Of a stretch of 64,000 nt of DNA, positions 32,183 to 40,769 are shown piece by piece. Position 1 is the stretch's first letter; each line of letters begins with the position of its first letter. The stretch spans positions 15,694 through 79,693 of the forward strand of contig MFWV01000007.1 in NCBI GenBank assembly GCA_001787405.1, read 5' to 3'. Source of the DNA: Candidatus Pacebacteria bacterium RIFOXYA1_FULL_38_18. Its GTDB lineage: Bacteria; Patescibacteriota; Microgenomatia; UBA1400; PJMF01. The notes below the pieces were generated by a model. The model worked only from the letters and a program-made list of their open reading frames with translations. It ran no database searches and was not told the origin of the DNA. A program made the translations under genes and the position numbers.

Positions 32183-34219
32183 CTAGAAACTCGGTTCGAT
32201 TTCTCGCCAACTCATTTGAGCAGACTTAATTTGTCTGGGAGCATTGATGATAAAGTCAGGGCGGAAAATAAAGACTTCGGTGGCAGCAGCGCTATTTAGT
32301 TCTGGACTCACTCCGTCATCAAAATTCCTCTGTAAATCTACTCCGTCCCATCCCACAAAAGTACCAGCCCCAATAAATTTTTTATCAGTGACTCCTGTTT
32401 GACCAGCAATGGTTATCAAACCATCAGCTACAAACACTCCCTCTACATTGGCCACATTGGCAGTAGCGGCATTGGTATAAATATTGTCATAACCTACATT
32501 GGCAGAAATAGTGAGATCTCCACGGACAACAAACATCAAGAAACCATCTCCTCCAGAAGCTACGGTAGTGAGTCTATTCTCTCCTCCTACCGTATCATCG
32601 ATAGTCAAATTACCATCTACAAAAACAATGATTTGTTCTGTATTGTTTAAATTCCAGGAATTGGTCTGATCAATATTTAAGTTTCCGGAATAAAGATAAA
32701 CTCCCAAATTGTCACTGCCGACAATGGGTTTTTGAAGATTGGTAAGAGTTTGAGCTGAAGCACCAAATTTATTGTAGAAATAGTCGTAGTTTTCCAAAGG
32801 TACTCTTACTCCCAAAGCCTGACCTTGAACAGCACTGCTTCGACCATCTACCTCATGGATATAGACTCCAGAACTGTCACTGGTCACGATTGCACCAGTA
32901 TTTACCAAGGGAAAACCAGCACTATCTACTGTGCCTGATGGATCACGCAACATCAAGGCAGGATTGCAAGTAGGCAGACTACAAGTAGCAAAAGGAATCT
33001 TGGATTGAATATTGTCTGAGGCCCAAGAACTGCCACCCAAAGTTTGGAACCAGGCAGAAGTTATTTCATTGCGTTTGACAAAGAAATTGATGAAACCCTG
33101 ATTTGGTTGTTGATTGGTATACAGACAGCGGAAGGGATTGGAAGGATCGGCATTACAAGCACACATCCAGGCATTGTTTGGATCTGCTGGTGGAAACTCT
33201 AGTTCCAGGGCAACGGTGTAATCACTATTACTGGTATTGGCGACAATAGAATAGGCAGTGTTGTTGATGATTTTGGATTGATTTTCTCCAGTCCGATTGA
33301 GAGTCAATAGACCATTAGTAATTGAAGCGGCAACTGCGGTGCTACCGGTACACAGATTATCTGTTCCGCCAATGCCTGAAGCAATGGCATTTTCATCCAT
33401 GTAAAAATTACCTCTAAATCTTTGCACTGGTGTAGGCGTAGGGGTGAGCGTGGGCACTATTGGTGCGGTTACGTATAAAATCTTATCGTCGTAGCACATC
33501 GACACCCCAGACGCATATACCCTAGCCCGCAAAGTTACGCTTCCGGAAGTATCTCCACTAGTAGCTACAGATTTCCACCCATCTGCTCTTACAGTATCAT
33601 CCAAAGGATCTAGTGTTAATGTGCCAACCCCAGCTATTTTTCGAAAAGTTACTTTGGTGGCAATCATATTGTTTTCATTTACCACCGCTATCAAGCTTTT
33701 TGTATCATTTTCTCCCGCCACAAAATCTCCTGTAAGCGCATTTAGTGTTACCGTACAACTAGGCGTGGTAGGTGTAGGCGTGGGTGTAGGCGTAGGTGTA
33801 GGCGTGGGTGTAGGCGTTCCCCCTCCTCCAGTGGGTGTGGGGGTGGGACAAGGAATAATCTGAAAGAGAGTGCTATCTGTCGTACACTCACAGTAGAGAA
33901 AGCCCGCATCATCACACTGATCAGCACACCAGGTATAAGTCCCCGCACAATTATTTCCTCCAAGAGGACAATTCTCACAGGAGATAGCACACTGGTAATC
34001 GCTGTTGCAGTAGGTGGTTTGACCCTGACAATCAGTAGCGCAACCCGTTCCAGCTGGAGCATAATAATCACACCCATATTCTCCTGGTGTAGTACAAATG
34101 TTTGGATCAGTAATAGTTGGATACACAGTTTGGGCAAGAGCCTGCTGGACAGAAGTAAACAGGAAAACAATAGCCAAGATCACTAGACTGAGTTTGGACA
34201 AAAATTTCATCCCACTCAT
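32183..34219 (-). CDS. secreted protein of unknown function, paralog B, with an N-terminal Cys-rich module and a Pro-Thr linker
   Basis: Signal peptide, then a Cys-rich approximately 100-aa module and a (PT)n linker, then a C-terminal domain paralogous to 30807..32153. Confidence 0.5.
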   Translation of the reverse strand: MSGMKFLSKLSLVILAIVFLFTSVQQALAQTVYPTITDPNICTTPGEYGCDYYAPAGTGCATDCQGQTTYCNSDYQCAISCENCPLGGNNCAGTYTWCADQCDDAGFLYCECTTDSTLFQIIPCPTPTPTGGGGTPTPTPTPTPTPTPTPTTPSCTVTLNALTGDFVAGENDTKSLIAVVNENNMIATKVTFRKIAGVGTLTLDPLDDTVRADGWKSVATSGDTSGSVTLRARVYASGVSMCYDDKILYVTAPIVPTLTPTPTPVQRFRGNFYMDENAIASGIGGTDNLCTGSTAVAASITNGLLTLNRTGENQSKIINNTAYSIVANTSNSDYTVALELEFPPADPNNAWMCACNADPSNPFRCLYTNQQPNQGFINFFVKRNEITSAWFQTLGGSSWASDNIQSKIPFATCSLPTCNPALMLRDPSGTVDSAGFPLVNTGAIVTSDSSGVYIHEVDGRSSAVQGQALGVRVPLENYDYFYNKFGASAQTLTNLQKPIVGSDNLGVYLYSGNLNIDQTNSWNLNNTEQIIVFVDGNLTIDDTVGGENRLTTVASGGDGFLMFVVRGDLTISANVGYDNIYTNAATANVANVEGVFVADGLITIAGQTGVTDKKFIGAGTFVGWDGVDLQRNFDDGVSPELNSAAATEVFIFRPDFIINAPRQIKSAQMSWREIEPSF

Positions 34220-34259
34220 TTAATCAGGTTAAAAGAGCAACTTCAAGCGTGATTGCTAG

Positions 34260-36098
34260 TTATTGCCAATAATCCATTGGAAATTGAGGTGTTGCTGCCA
34301 TTAATATTTCGTATTGAAGAGAGTTGATATCTTCTGGAGAGGCTGGCCCCACAAAACCCAATCCTCCAAGCTCTTTAATTTCAGGAAACTTGGTATTGAA
34401 TAGATCTACTAGATCGGGATTGCTAGCCAAAGGTCCCCCTTCTGAAGCATGATAAAGCTCGTCTGGGGCACTGGCTTCGGAAACGAAATCAGGACCGATG
34501 AACTGACCAGAAACTGAGCCGGTAAAATTACCATAGGCAACATAGGGCATTGGTCTGGCGGTCATAGAAAGACGATCTTCAGAATTATTAGTTTGACCTA
34601 GAAAGACCCCATAAACTAAATTCCTGGGAGTTTGATTGCCTGGTCTATAATCTTCTTCCCATGGCCACTCTGGTCCAAAAATATAGTGGAAGAGAACCGA
34701 GGTTTTACCATCGGGCATAAGCATTTGTTGGGTGCCAATGAGAGCCTCTTTGCCCTCTGGGGTAGTTGTTCTGCTAAAGTTTGTCCAGCGACGGGGATCA
34801 GTTTCATGGGTAATGATGTCTTTCATTGCAGTCCAAGCGTCGTCGTTTGTGCCATGAGTAATGCCGACGAGTTGAATAGTATAATCATATTGAATACCTG
34901 TACTCAAAACCCACCAAAGATCATCTAGCACCAGTGTCCCCTCGGGGAAGGGTTGGGCGACGAGAGCCTCAGAAATGAGTAGTCGGCCAGATTCGATGTC
35001 TGCCAAGTCGATTTCTGGGTAGTTTTCAGTTTCTCTGGCGTCAGTGAATATTTCCAGAGGAGCGACCCATTGACCGGTTCTTTCCAGGAAGAAGTAGATG
35101 ACTTCTCCCTCGGTGTTTTTGATGGTCAGGACATGTTCTACACCAGCCACGATGGTGTCTCTGGCTTCAAAAGCTTCCTGGGGGAAACTGAGTGTTTCTT
35201 GGTCTGCGGTGGTGATGGTGATGGTGGCTGCTTCGGTAGAGCGAATTACTACTTTGTTTTCTCGGTTGATGAGTTGGGTGCCGTCTTCTGTTGATTGAAT
35301 GGTGTAGCCTGCTTCTCTGAGAGCTGATTGTTGACTGGTGAAAGACTCTGGAGTGGCCGAGATTACTTCGGTGGGTTTGACGGTGGGAGTGGGAATCTGA
35401 TTAATGTCATCTGGATCTTCGTCATCAGGATTGGAAATATCAGGATCTTCATCTATGACAACGGCTGTGGGGTAGTTGTTATTGATTTCCGGTGGTGAAA
35501 CTTTACAAGAAACAGCAATAAGGGCCAAAAGAGCGGTAGCAGACAGACCAATTACTTTTTTGGTTTGATTACTACTATCATAATTTCTATTCTCCCAAAT
35601 CAATTGTAGTGCCTGTTTTTCTGCGTCTTTGGCTTTGAACTTGGCCACTGCTTTTTTGGTTTTATTGGCAAACCCTTTTTCCGGTAGATTATTTACTATC
35701 AAATGAAATCTAGCAGCTGTTTCTAGAGCTAAAGTTAACTGGGCGGATAAAGTCAATTCTTGAGGTTTGATTTCTTCAAATTTACTATCAGAAGCAATGC
35801 CTCGTATCAATCCTCTTCTGCTAACACGAAGAGTAATAGGATTTTTTTGGTTCGGTTCTGGAATTTTCTCAATCAGAGTGGCTAATTGTTCCACAGAAAG
35901 CCGATCAAGGTTGTCTATTTCAGCGGGAAAGACAAGCTTGCCGGCTTCGATCAGAGCTTTTACATATTTAGCAACAACTTCTTCTACCTGTTTTTTACCT
36001 TGGAAATCTTTAAGTTCAAAGTGATGCTGAACTTCAATAGGATCTGATTCGGCTTCAGGCGATTTAGGTGCGATAGAGTTTAACTCTTTTTCTGCCAT
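34260..36098 (-). CDS. bitopic membrane protein of unknown function
   Basis: Roughly 180-aa cytoplasmic N-terminal domain, a single TM helix (VIGLSATALLALIAV), an acidic DEDPD-rich linker and a roughly 380-aa extracytoplasmic domain. No family recognised. Confidence 0.45.
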   Translation of the reverse strand: MAEKELNSIAPKSPEAESDPIEVQHHFELKDFQGKKQVEEVVAKYVKALIEAGKLVFPAEIDNLDRLSVEQLATLIEKIPEPNQKNPITLRVSRRGLIRGIASDSKFEEIKPQELTLSAQLTLALETAARFHLIVNNLPEKGFANKTKKAVAKFKAKDAEKQALQLIWENRNYDSSNQTKKVIGLSATALLALIAVSCKVSPPEINNNYPTAVVIDEDPDISNPDDEDPDDINQIPTPTVKPTEVISATPESFTSQQSALREAGYTIQSTEDGTQLINRENKVVIRSTEAATITITTADQETLSFPQEAFEARDTIVAGVEHVLTIKNTEGEVIYFFLERTGQWVAPLEIFTDARETENYPEIDLADIESGRLLISEALVAQPFPEGTLVLDDLWWVLSTGIQYDYTIQLVGITHGTNDDAWTAMKDIITHETDPRRWTNFSRTTTPEGKEALIGTQQMLMPDGKTSVLFHYIFGPEWPWEEDYRPGNQTPRNLVYGVFLGQTNNSEDRLSMTARPMPYVAYGNFTGSVSGQFIGPDFVSEASAPDELYHASEGGPLASNPDLVDLFNTKFPEIKELGGLGFVGPASPEDINSLQYEILMAATPQFPMDYWQ

Positions 36099-36144
36099 CT
36101 TTATCTAGTGGAAAGTATACCACTAGTGAGAAATTTGAGCAAAT

Positions 36145-36744
36145 TTATTGCCAGAATTGTCTAGTAACTTCAATGATGATTTGGTCAGCTATTTTATCAG
36201 GCACATCACGTACATCAGTGACATAAGAAATAGCTACACCATTACCGATTTCCATTTGGGTATAGGCAATGACAGAGGTTTTACCATCACTATTTAGAGT
36301 TACTCGCGTTTTTTCTAACTCGGCTTTGGTTAATTCAAAAACAACGGTTGTTTCTGGTGTGCCTTTGTTTAGTTCCAAAACTAGAGCAACATCGTCTGGA
36401 TTGGTAGCTTCTTGTGTGTACCAATTTGCAAGCAAACCACTGTAGGTAGTGCGCAGAGAGCCCATTACCAGCAGAGAACTTTTGGGGTCGGCATCAGATA
36501 ACTCTCCAGTTGTTTCAGCAACTTTTTGTTGATCTATCTTTACTCCTGGTATGAGACTAGTAGGTTGATTAGTTTTTTCTGCTTGTTGATTGTTTTTTCG
36601 TGAGATAGCTAGAGCTATCCAGACGCTGAAAATAATGACGGCTACGATAATGCCAGCAATCAAGATGGGTGATTTCCACTGAATTTCTTCATCTTCTTTA
36701 GTGGATTTTGGCAGAATTGGTTTGGAAAACACAGAATCAGTCAT
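36145..36744 (-). CDS. membrane-anchored protein of unknown function; first gene of the convergent operon
   Basis: N-terminal TM helix (ILIAGIIVAVIIFSVWIALAI) followed by a roughly 140-aa extracytoplasmic domain. Confidence 0.4.
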   Translation of the reverse strand: MTDSVFSKPILPKSTKEDEEIQWKSPILIAGIIVAVIIFSVWIALAISRKNNQQAEKTNQPTSLIPGVKIDQQKVAETTGELSDADPKSSLLVMGSLRTTYSGLLANWYTQEATNPDDVALVLELNKGTPETTVVFELTKAELEKTRVTLNSDGKTSVIAYTQMEIGNGVAISYVTDVRDVPDKIADQIIIEVTRQFWQ

Positions 36745-36831
36745 GCGAGTGATTTGAAGTTGGTTGATTATTTGCTACTTTCACTAGTATAGCTATCTTT
36801 ATTTACGTTTGACAATAGTGGGTTGTCTGCC

Positions 36832-36860
36832 TTGCGTTTTCTCTTGCTCTTGGTTACAAT
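36832..36860 (+). promoter_or_regulatory. candidate sigma70 promoter TTGCGT, 17-bp spacer, TACAAT, for rpmF
   Basis: Read directly. A divergent candidate (TTGTCA, 18-bp spacer, TATACT) on the minus strand (about 36786..36815) would serve the 36744 operon. Confidence 0.3.
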
Positions 36861-36908
36861 CGCAAAGTTAGTGCAAAAAGAAAATAAAGAGATAAAAGAA
36901 AGAGAAAA

Positions 36909-37073
36909 ATGGCAGCAGTACCCAAAAATAAAATTACTAGAGCCGAGCGTGGCAAGCGTCGGGCCGGCAACAAACCAAAACTTAAGAAAGATCTCAACAC
37001 CAAAATGCCTTTACATAAAAAAGGTATTATGGCTTCTATTTTTAAAGCAACGGGAATGGATAAGGAAGAATAA
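36909..37073 (+). CDS. rpmF: 50S ribosomal protein L32, a 54-aa ORF below the ORF-track size cutoff
   Basis: Translates to MAAVPKNKITRAERGKRRAGNKPKL..., matching the L32 N-terminal pattern (MAVPK.K.S..R...RR). An AAAGAGAAAAA purine-rich run precedes the ATG. Confidence 0.5.
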   Translation: MAAVPKNKITRAERGKRRAGNKPKLKKDLNTKMPLHKKGIMASIFKATGMDKEE

Positions 37074-37136
37074 TTTGAAGTTGGTCAAAAAAGATACTGC
37101 TTGCATTTTTTCCACCTCTCCCCTACTGTGTAATTT

Positions 37137-37601
37137 ATGACTGACGCTATTGACCCCAGACATGAGAAACGCGTGCAATTGATGCAAACTTTGTTTGCGC
37201 TGATGTTTACCAAAGAAATCAAAATTCAAGATCAAGAAACTCCCAATATTGATGATCACAAAGAAGAAAGATTGGTAGGAGATGAAATTCAAGAAACTGC
37301 AGAACTACCATATTTTTCAGAAGCGCAAGCGATCTTGGATCAAATAGCACAAATTGATCAACAAATCATTGAACACGCCTCAGAAAGACCTCTGGCAGAA
37401 ATCAATCAAGTAGATTTGGCGATCATGCGTCTAATTATTTTTGAAGCCAATACCCAACAAACCCCCAAAAAAGTACTGGTTGACGAAGCCATAGAATTGG
37501 CCAAAGAATATGGTACTGATAGTTCATCAAAATTTGTGAATGGTGTATTGGGCAAAGTATTATTGGGTGAAAATAAAATTAAATTAGCAAAAAATAATTA
37601 A
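37137..37601 (+). CDS. nusB: NusB-family transcription antitermination protein
   Basis: N-terminal [15 protein letters not shown] and C-terminal [10 protein letters not shown]...[30 protein letters not shown] match NusB conserved blocks. Confidence 0.6.
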   Translation: MTDAIDPRHEKRVQLMQTLFALMFTKEIKIQDQETPNIDDHKEERLVGDEIQETAELPYFSEAQAILDQIAQIDQQIIEHASERPLAEINQVDLAIMRLIIFEANTQQTPKKVLVDEAIELAKEYGTDSSSKFVNGVLGKVLLGENKIKLAKNN

Positions 37602-37631
37602 TAATAAAAAAATAATAAAAAAGCAAAAATT

Positions 37632-37895
37632 ATGCAAAATGAAATTTTTGAACAATTGAGAGAATTATTGGCGATGGCTACCGGTCATAATACCGAGGAA
37701 ATTTTTCCAGAAAGTCAGTTGGAAGTAGATTTGGGCATTAATTTGGAAGAAGATTTTGGTAGATTGCTGGCGATCATCAATCATGAATTTGGGATCGAGC
37801 TAGAAGCCATTCACGTACTCAATGAATTGGAAGAAGCAGAAGATACGGTGGAGCAATTGGCCAAATTAATCGAAGAAGAAGTAGAATTAGGCTAA
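37632..37895 (+). CDS. acyl carrier protein-like small acidic protein lacking the phosphopantetheine-attachment Ser
   Basis: Four-helix acidic ACP-like sequence. Where the DSL motif is expected (DLGADSLD), this protein has DLGINLEE, with Asn in place of Ser. Confidence 0.5.
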   Translation: MQNEIFEQLRELLAMATGHNTEEIFPESQLEVDLGINLEEDFGRLLAIINHEFGIELEAIHVLNELEEAEDTVEQLAKLIEEEVELG

Positions 37896-37922
37896 AGAGC
37901 AAAAATCCAAAGTTAATCAAAA

Positions 37923-38594
37923 ATGCTACCAAAATTTAAAAACAAACAATTACTGGCCACTGCCCTTTCTCATCGCAGTGCTTTCAATGAAACCGATTCG
38001 GGTACTAGTGCCTTGGAATCCTATGAACGCTTGGAGTTTTTGGGCGATGCTGTTTTGGAATTGGCAACTACGGAGTGGCTTTATAAAAAATATGCTACTG
38101 AACCAGAGGGAATCTTGACCGCCTATCGCAGTTCTTTGGTGAAAACCACTACCCTGGCAGAAACTGCCCGCGAACTTAAGTTGGGCGAGCAGATGTATAT
38201 GAGTCGTGGCGAAGAAGCAACTGGTGGTAGGAAAAATATTGGTTTATTGGCTGATGTTTTTGAGGCTGTGATTGGTGCTTTGTATTTGGATCAAGGTTTT
38301 GTGGCAGTCGAAAAATTTTTACATCAGCATCTTTTTCCCAAATTTGAAGAAATTAAAAAGAATAAACTTTATCGCGATCACAAGAGTTTCTATCAAGAAG
38401 TGATTCAAGCAGAGAGTTTGCCCACTCCCGTTTATGAAGTGGCTGAGGCTATTGGTCCAGATCACGACAAGGTTTTTACGGTCAATGTTTTGGTAAATGG
38501 GAAGATAACTGGTAGTGGCACTGGCAAAAGCAAACAAATAGCACAACAAGCAGCAGCCAGACAGGCGCTTGAGAAATTTGAAGAAGAAAGGTAG
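37923..38594 (+). CDS. rnc: ribonuclease III
   Basis: RNase III signature ERLEFLGDAVLEL plus a C-terminal dsRBD. Confidence 0.9.
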   Translation: MLPKFKNKQLLATALSHRSAFNETDSGTSALESYERLEFLGDAVLELATTEWLYKKYATEPEGILTAYRSSLVKTTTLAETARELKLGEQMYMSRGEEATGGRKNIGLLADVFEAVIGALYLDQGFVAVEKFLHQHLFPKFEEIKKNKLYRDHKSFYQEVIQAESLPTPVYEVAEAIGPDHDKVFTVNVLVNGKITGSGTGKSKQIAQQAAARQALEKFEEER

Positions 38595-38649
38595 AATCAC
38601 CCCCTAATATATTTAATAGTCTAAAGTTTGAACCTAAATAGAAAAAAAT

Positions 38650-39156
38650 ATGCTCAAAATTAAATTAGCTCACTTTGGTAAACGCAATCAATCACATTTT
38701 CGAATCGTGGTTAATGAAGCCAGAGATAAACGCGATGGTAGTTACGTGGCTCTTTTGGGTCATTATATTCCTGCCCAAGAACCTAAAATCTTGGAAATTG
38801 ACGTCAAAGCTTATCAAGCCTGGATAGCCAAAGGTGCTCAACCCACCGAAACCGTGGCCAATCTTTTTGAGCGTTACCAGTCCAAAAATCCTTTTCCTGC
38901 CAAGCCCAAAAAACCTTCTCGTAAAACTTTGGCAAAAGCCGAAGCTGCCAAAAAAGCCAAAGCAGAAGAAAAACCAGCCGAAGAAATTAAAATCGAGCAA
39001 CCAGCCGAGAAAACTCCTGTTGAAGAAACACCCACTGAAGAAAAGCCCGTTGAAGAAGCAACCGTTGAACAAGCACCAGCCGAAGAAAAGCCCGTTGAAG
39101 CAAAACCAGTTGAAGAAACACCCACTGAAGTAGTACCAGTAACCGAAGAAAAATGA
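38650..39156 (+). CDS. rpsP: 30S ribosomal protein S16 with a low-complexity C-terminal extension
   Basis: MLKIKLAHFGKRNQSHFRIVVNEARDKRDGSYVALLGHY... followed by roughly 90 aa of KPVEE/EEKP/TPTEE repeats. Confidence 0.9.
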   Translation: MLKIKLAHFGKRNQSHFRIVVNEARDKRDGSYVALLGHYIPAQEPKILEIDVKAYQAWIAKGAQPTETVANLFERYQSKNPFPAKPKKPSRKTLAKAEAAKKAKAEEKPAEEIKIEQPAEKTPVEETPTEEKPVEEATVEQAPAEEKPVEAKPVEETPTEVVPVTEEK

Positions 39157-39383
39157 AAAATTTTGTTGAATATCTGCTCGTTCGCTTAGTTGATCACCCC
39201 GATGATTTAGTTGTAGAAGAAGAACAGACAGACGAAGGTTTGGTTGTTCATATCAAAGTACACGCTGATGATATGGGTCGCGTAATTGGTCGCAGTGGCA
39301 ACGTAATCAAAGCGATTCGCAAGTTGGTGCAAGTCAAGGCAGCCAAAGATGATTTGCAGGTCAGAGTTTTACTAGACGAATAA
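39153..39383 (+). CDS. KH-domain RNA-binding protein (YlqC/KhpA-like)
   Basis: GRVIGRSGNVIKAIRKL (GxxG KH motif). It lies immediately downstream of rpsP with a 4-bp overlap, as in the rpsP-ylqC arrangement. Confidence 0.7.
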   Translation: MKNFVEYLLVRLVDHPDDLVVEEEQTDEGLVVHIKVHADDMGRVIGRSGNVIKAIRKLVQVKAAKDDLQVRVLLDE

Positions 39384-40208
39384 TTATTCTGTAAGTTCTT
39401 CCAAGCCCAATGTTTCCTCCAAATTCGTAACAGTCAGTCCTTGAATACCAAACAGATCATCATTGTTACCGCTGATAATCGTTGTTTGTCCTTCAATTTT
39501 GGTTGGTGAAAATTCCAAAATAGCTTGAAACACTCTTTTTTCTTCTTCAGAAATAATGGGGAGAGCAGAAGACAGGGTAGAAGAGATGGGCTTGGTGTAG
39601 TAATAAGCGCTCAGTGACAAATCAGCTCTAGTGGCATTTTCAATCAAAGGGTCATTGACCTTGCGATCAATAGTCAAACTATTGATAGTGGTCAAAGGAG
39701 AAACTCTTTCGATCAGATCCATAAACATTCTCACTTGTGGCAACGGACCAACAACGGTTAATTCCAAGTCCAATTGGTCATAATCAGATTTAATCTTTTT
39801 TTGATTGGCAGTTTTATCTACTTGAGTGCTATCGCTGGCAATTTCTCCAGGATTTATCTCAAATTCTGTAATAGAAACTCTTGTTTCTCCAGCTACGCTA
39901 TTCAAGTTATTCAAAACTTCCAAAAGTGGTTTGTGGGAAGGCAAAACACGATTAATTTGTTCTGCTTGAGCGAATTCTGGAGAAAATTTTAATTGTGCCA
40001 GTTCTTGAACTTTACGATCCAGTTGGGCAATTTTGTCATTTTCTTTTTTCAATTGGCGGTTGGTTGCCAGAGCATTGGTAGTTTGATTATAAGTGAGAAT
40101 AATCAGAATGAGAGTTGTCAAACCAAAAGCAATAGCCAGAAGCAAATCTCTTCTGGTATTGAGCAATAATTGCCAGTTAAAATCGCTGAAGCGATTAAGC
40201 TTTGCCAT
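39384..40208 (-). CDS. pilO: PilO-like type IV pilus assembly protein
   Basis: N-terminal TM helix, coiled-coil segment and a periplasmic domain. Position after pilM-pilN supports the call. Confidence 0.5.
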   Translation of the reverse strand: MAKLNRFSDFNWQLLLNTRRDLLLAIAFGLTTLILIILTYNQTTNALATNRQLKKENDKIAQLDRKVQELAQLKFSPEFAQAEQINRVLPSHKPLLEVLNNLNSVAGETRVSITEFEINPGEIASDSTQVDKTANQKKIKSDYDQLDLELTVVGPLPQVRMFMDLIERVSPLTTINSLTIDRKVNDPLIENATRADLSLSAYYYTKPISSTLSSALPIISEEEKRVFQAILEFSPTKIEGQTTIISGNNDDLFGIQGLTVTNLEETLGLEELTE

Positions 40209-40211
40209 AGC

Positions 40212-40766
40212 TTATTTATCTCTTTCTTTTTTCAGTTCTACCGCAATATCCAAACTATAATTGCCAGTTTCATCTCGTCTCAAGCCACTTTGAGAAACAG
40301 AACTAAAAACATTTTTTACTTCATCAGATTCAAGTACATTCAGAGTATTTTCAAAGGCAAAAACATCCTGACTGGTTAAACGTAGCGATAGCTCATTTCC
40401 CTCTCCTCCATAATTCATGCCTGATAAAAATACTTGATCACCAAAAACATTGGAGAAAAAATCAATGGCTTGTTGTTTATTACTCCGACTTTCATAAATT
40501 TCTCTGACACTTTTCAATTTTTGAGAAAAAATCAAGAAACTCACTTCCACTGGTTCTTCATCGGCAATTTGTGTTGTAAGAGCTTGTTGGGTGGCATTTG
40601 CTTGTCGCAAACGGGTGGTAAGAAAAATATTGGCCCCGATCGCCAAAACAAAGAAACTTAGAGCAATAATAAAAGCGATCGTGGCATAACGACGATAAAG
40701 AGTGTCTTGTTTATTGGCTTTGCCCAAAGAAGCTCTGCGTCCAGTAAGGAAATTAATCTCCGACAT
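40212..40766 (-). CDS. pilN: PilN-like type IV pilus assembly protein
   Basis: MSEINFLTGRR... N-terminus, a single TM helix and a coiled coil; 184 aa, directly downstream of pilM. Confidence 0.55.
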   Translation of the reverse strand: MSEINFLTGRRASLGKANKQDTLYRRYATIAFIIALSFFVLAIGANIFLTTRLRQANATQQALTTQIADEEPVEVSFLIFSQKLKSVREIYESRSNKQQAIDFFSNVFGDQVFLSGMNYGGEGNELSLRLTSQDVFAFENTLNVLESDEVKNVFSSVSQSGLRRDETGNYSLDIAVELKKERDK

Positions 40767-40769
40767 ATT

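Noticed and set aside
33621-34170. ORFs of 80 and 140 aa antisense to the 678-aa secreted protein (GVGVGV...)
   Set aside because: They are artefacts of the Pro-Thr repeat read on the opposite strand or frame.
36823-37140. 105-aa plus-strand ORF from the track
   Set aside because: It overlaps, in another frame, the much better-supported 54-aa L32 gene and the start of the nusB-like gene. Its translation is low-complexity Lys-rich.
38692-39133. Several antisense or alternate-frame ORFs (126, 99 and 83 aa) within rpsP
   Set aside because: They are generated by the repetitive KPVEE-encoding tail of S16. They have low-complexity translations and no independent start signals.
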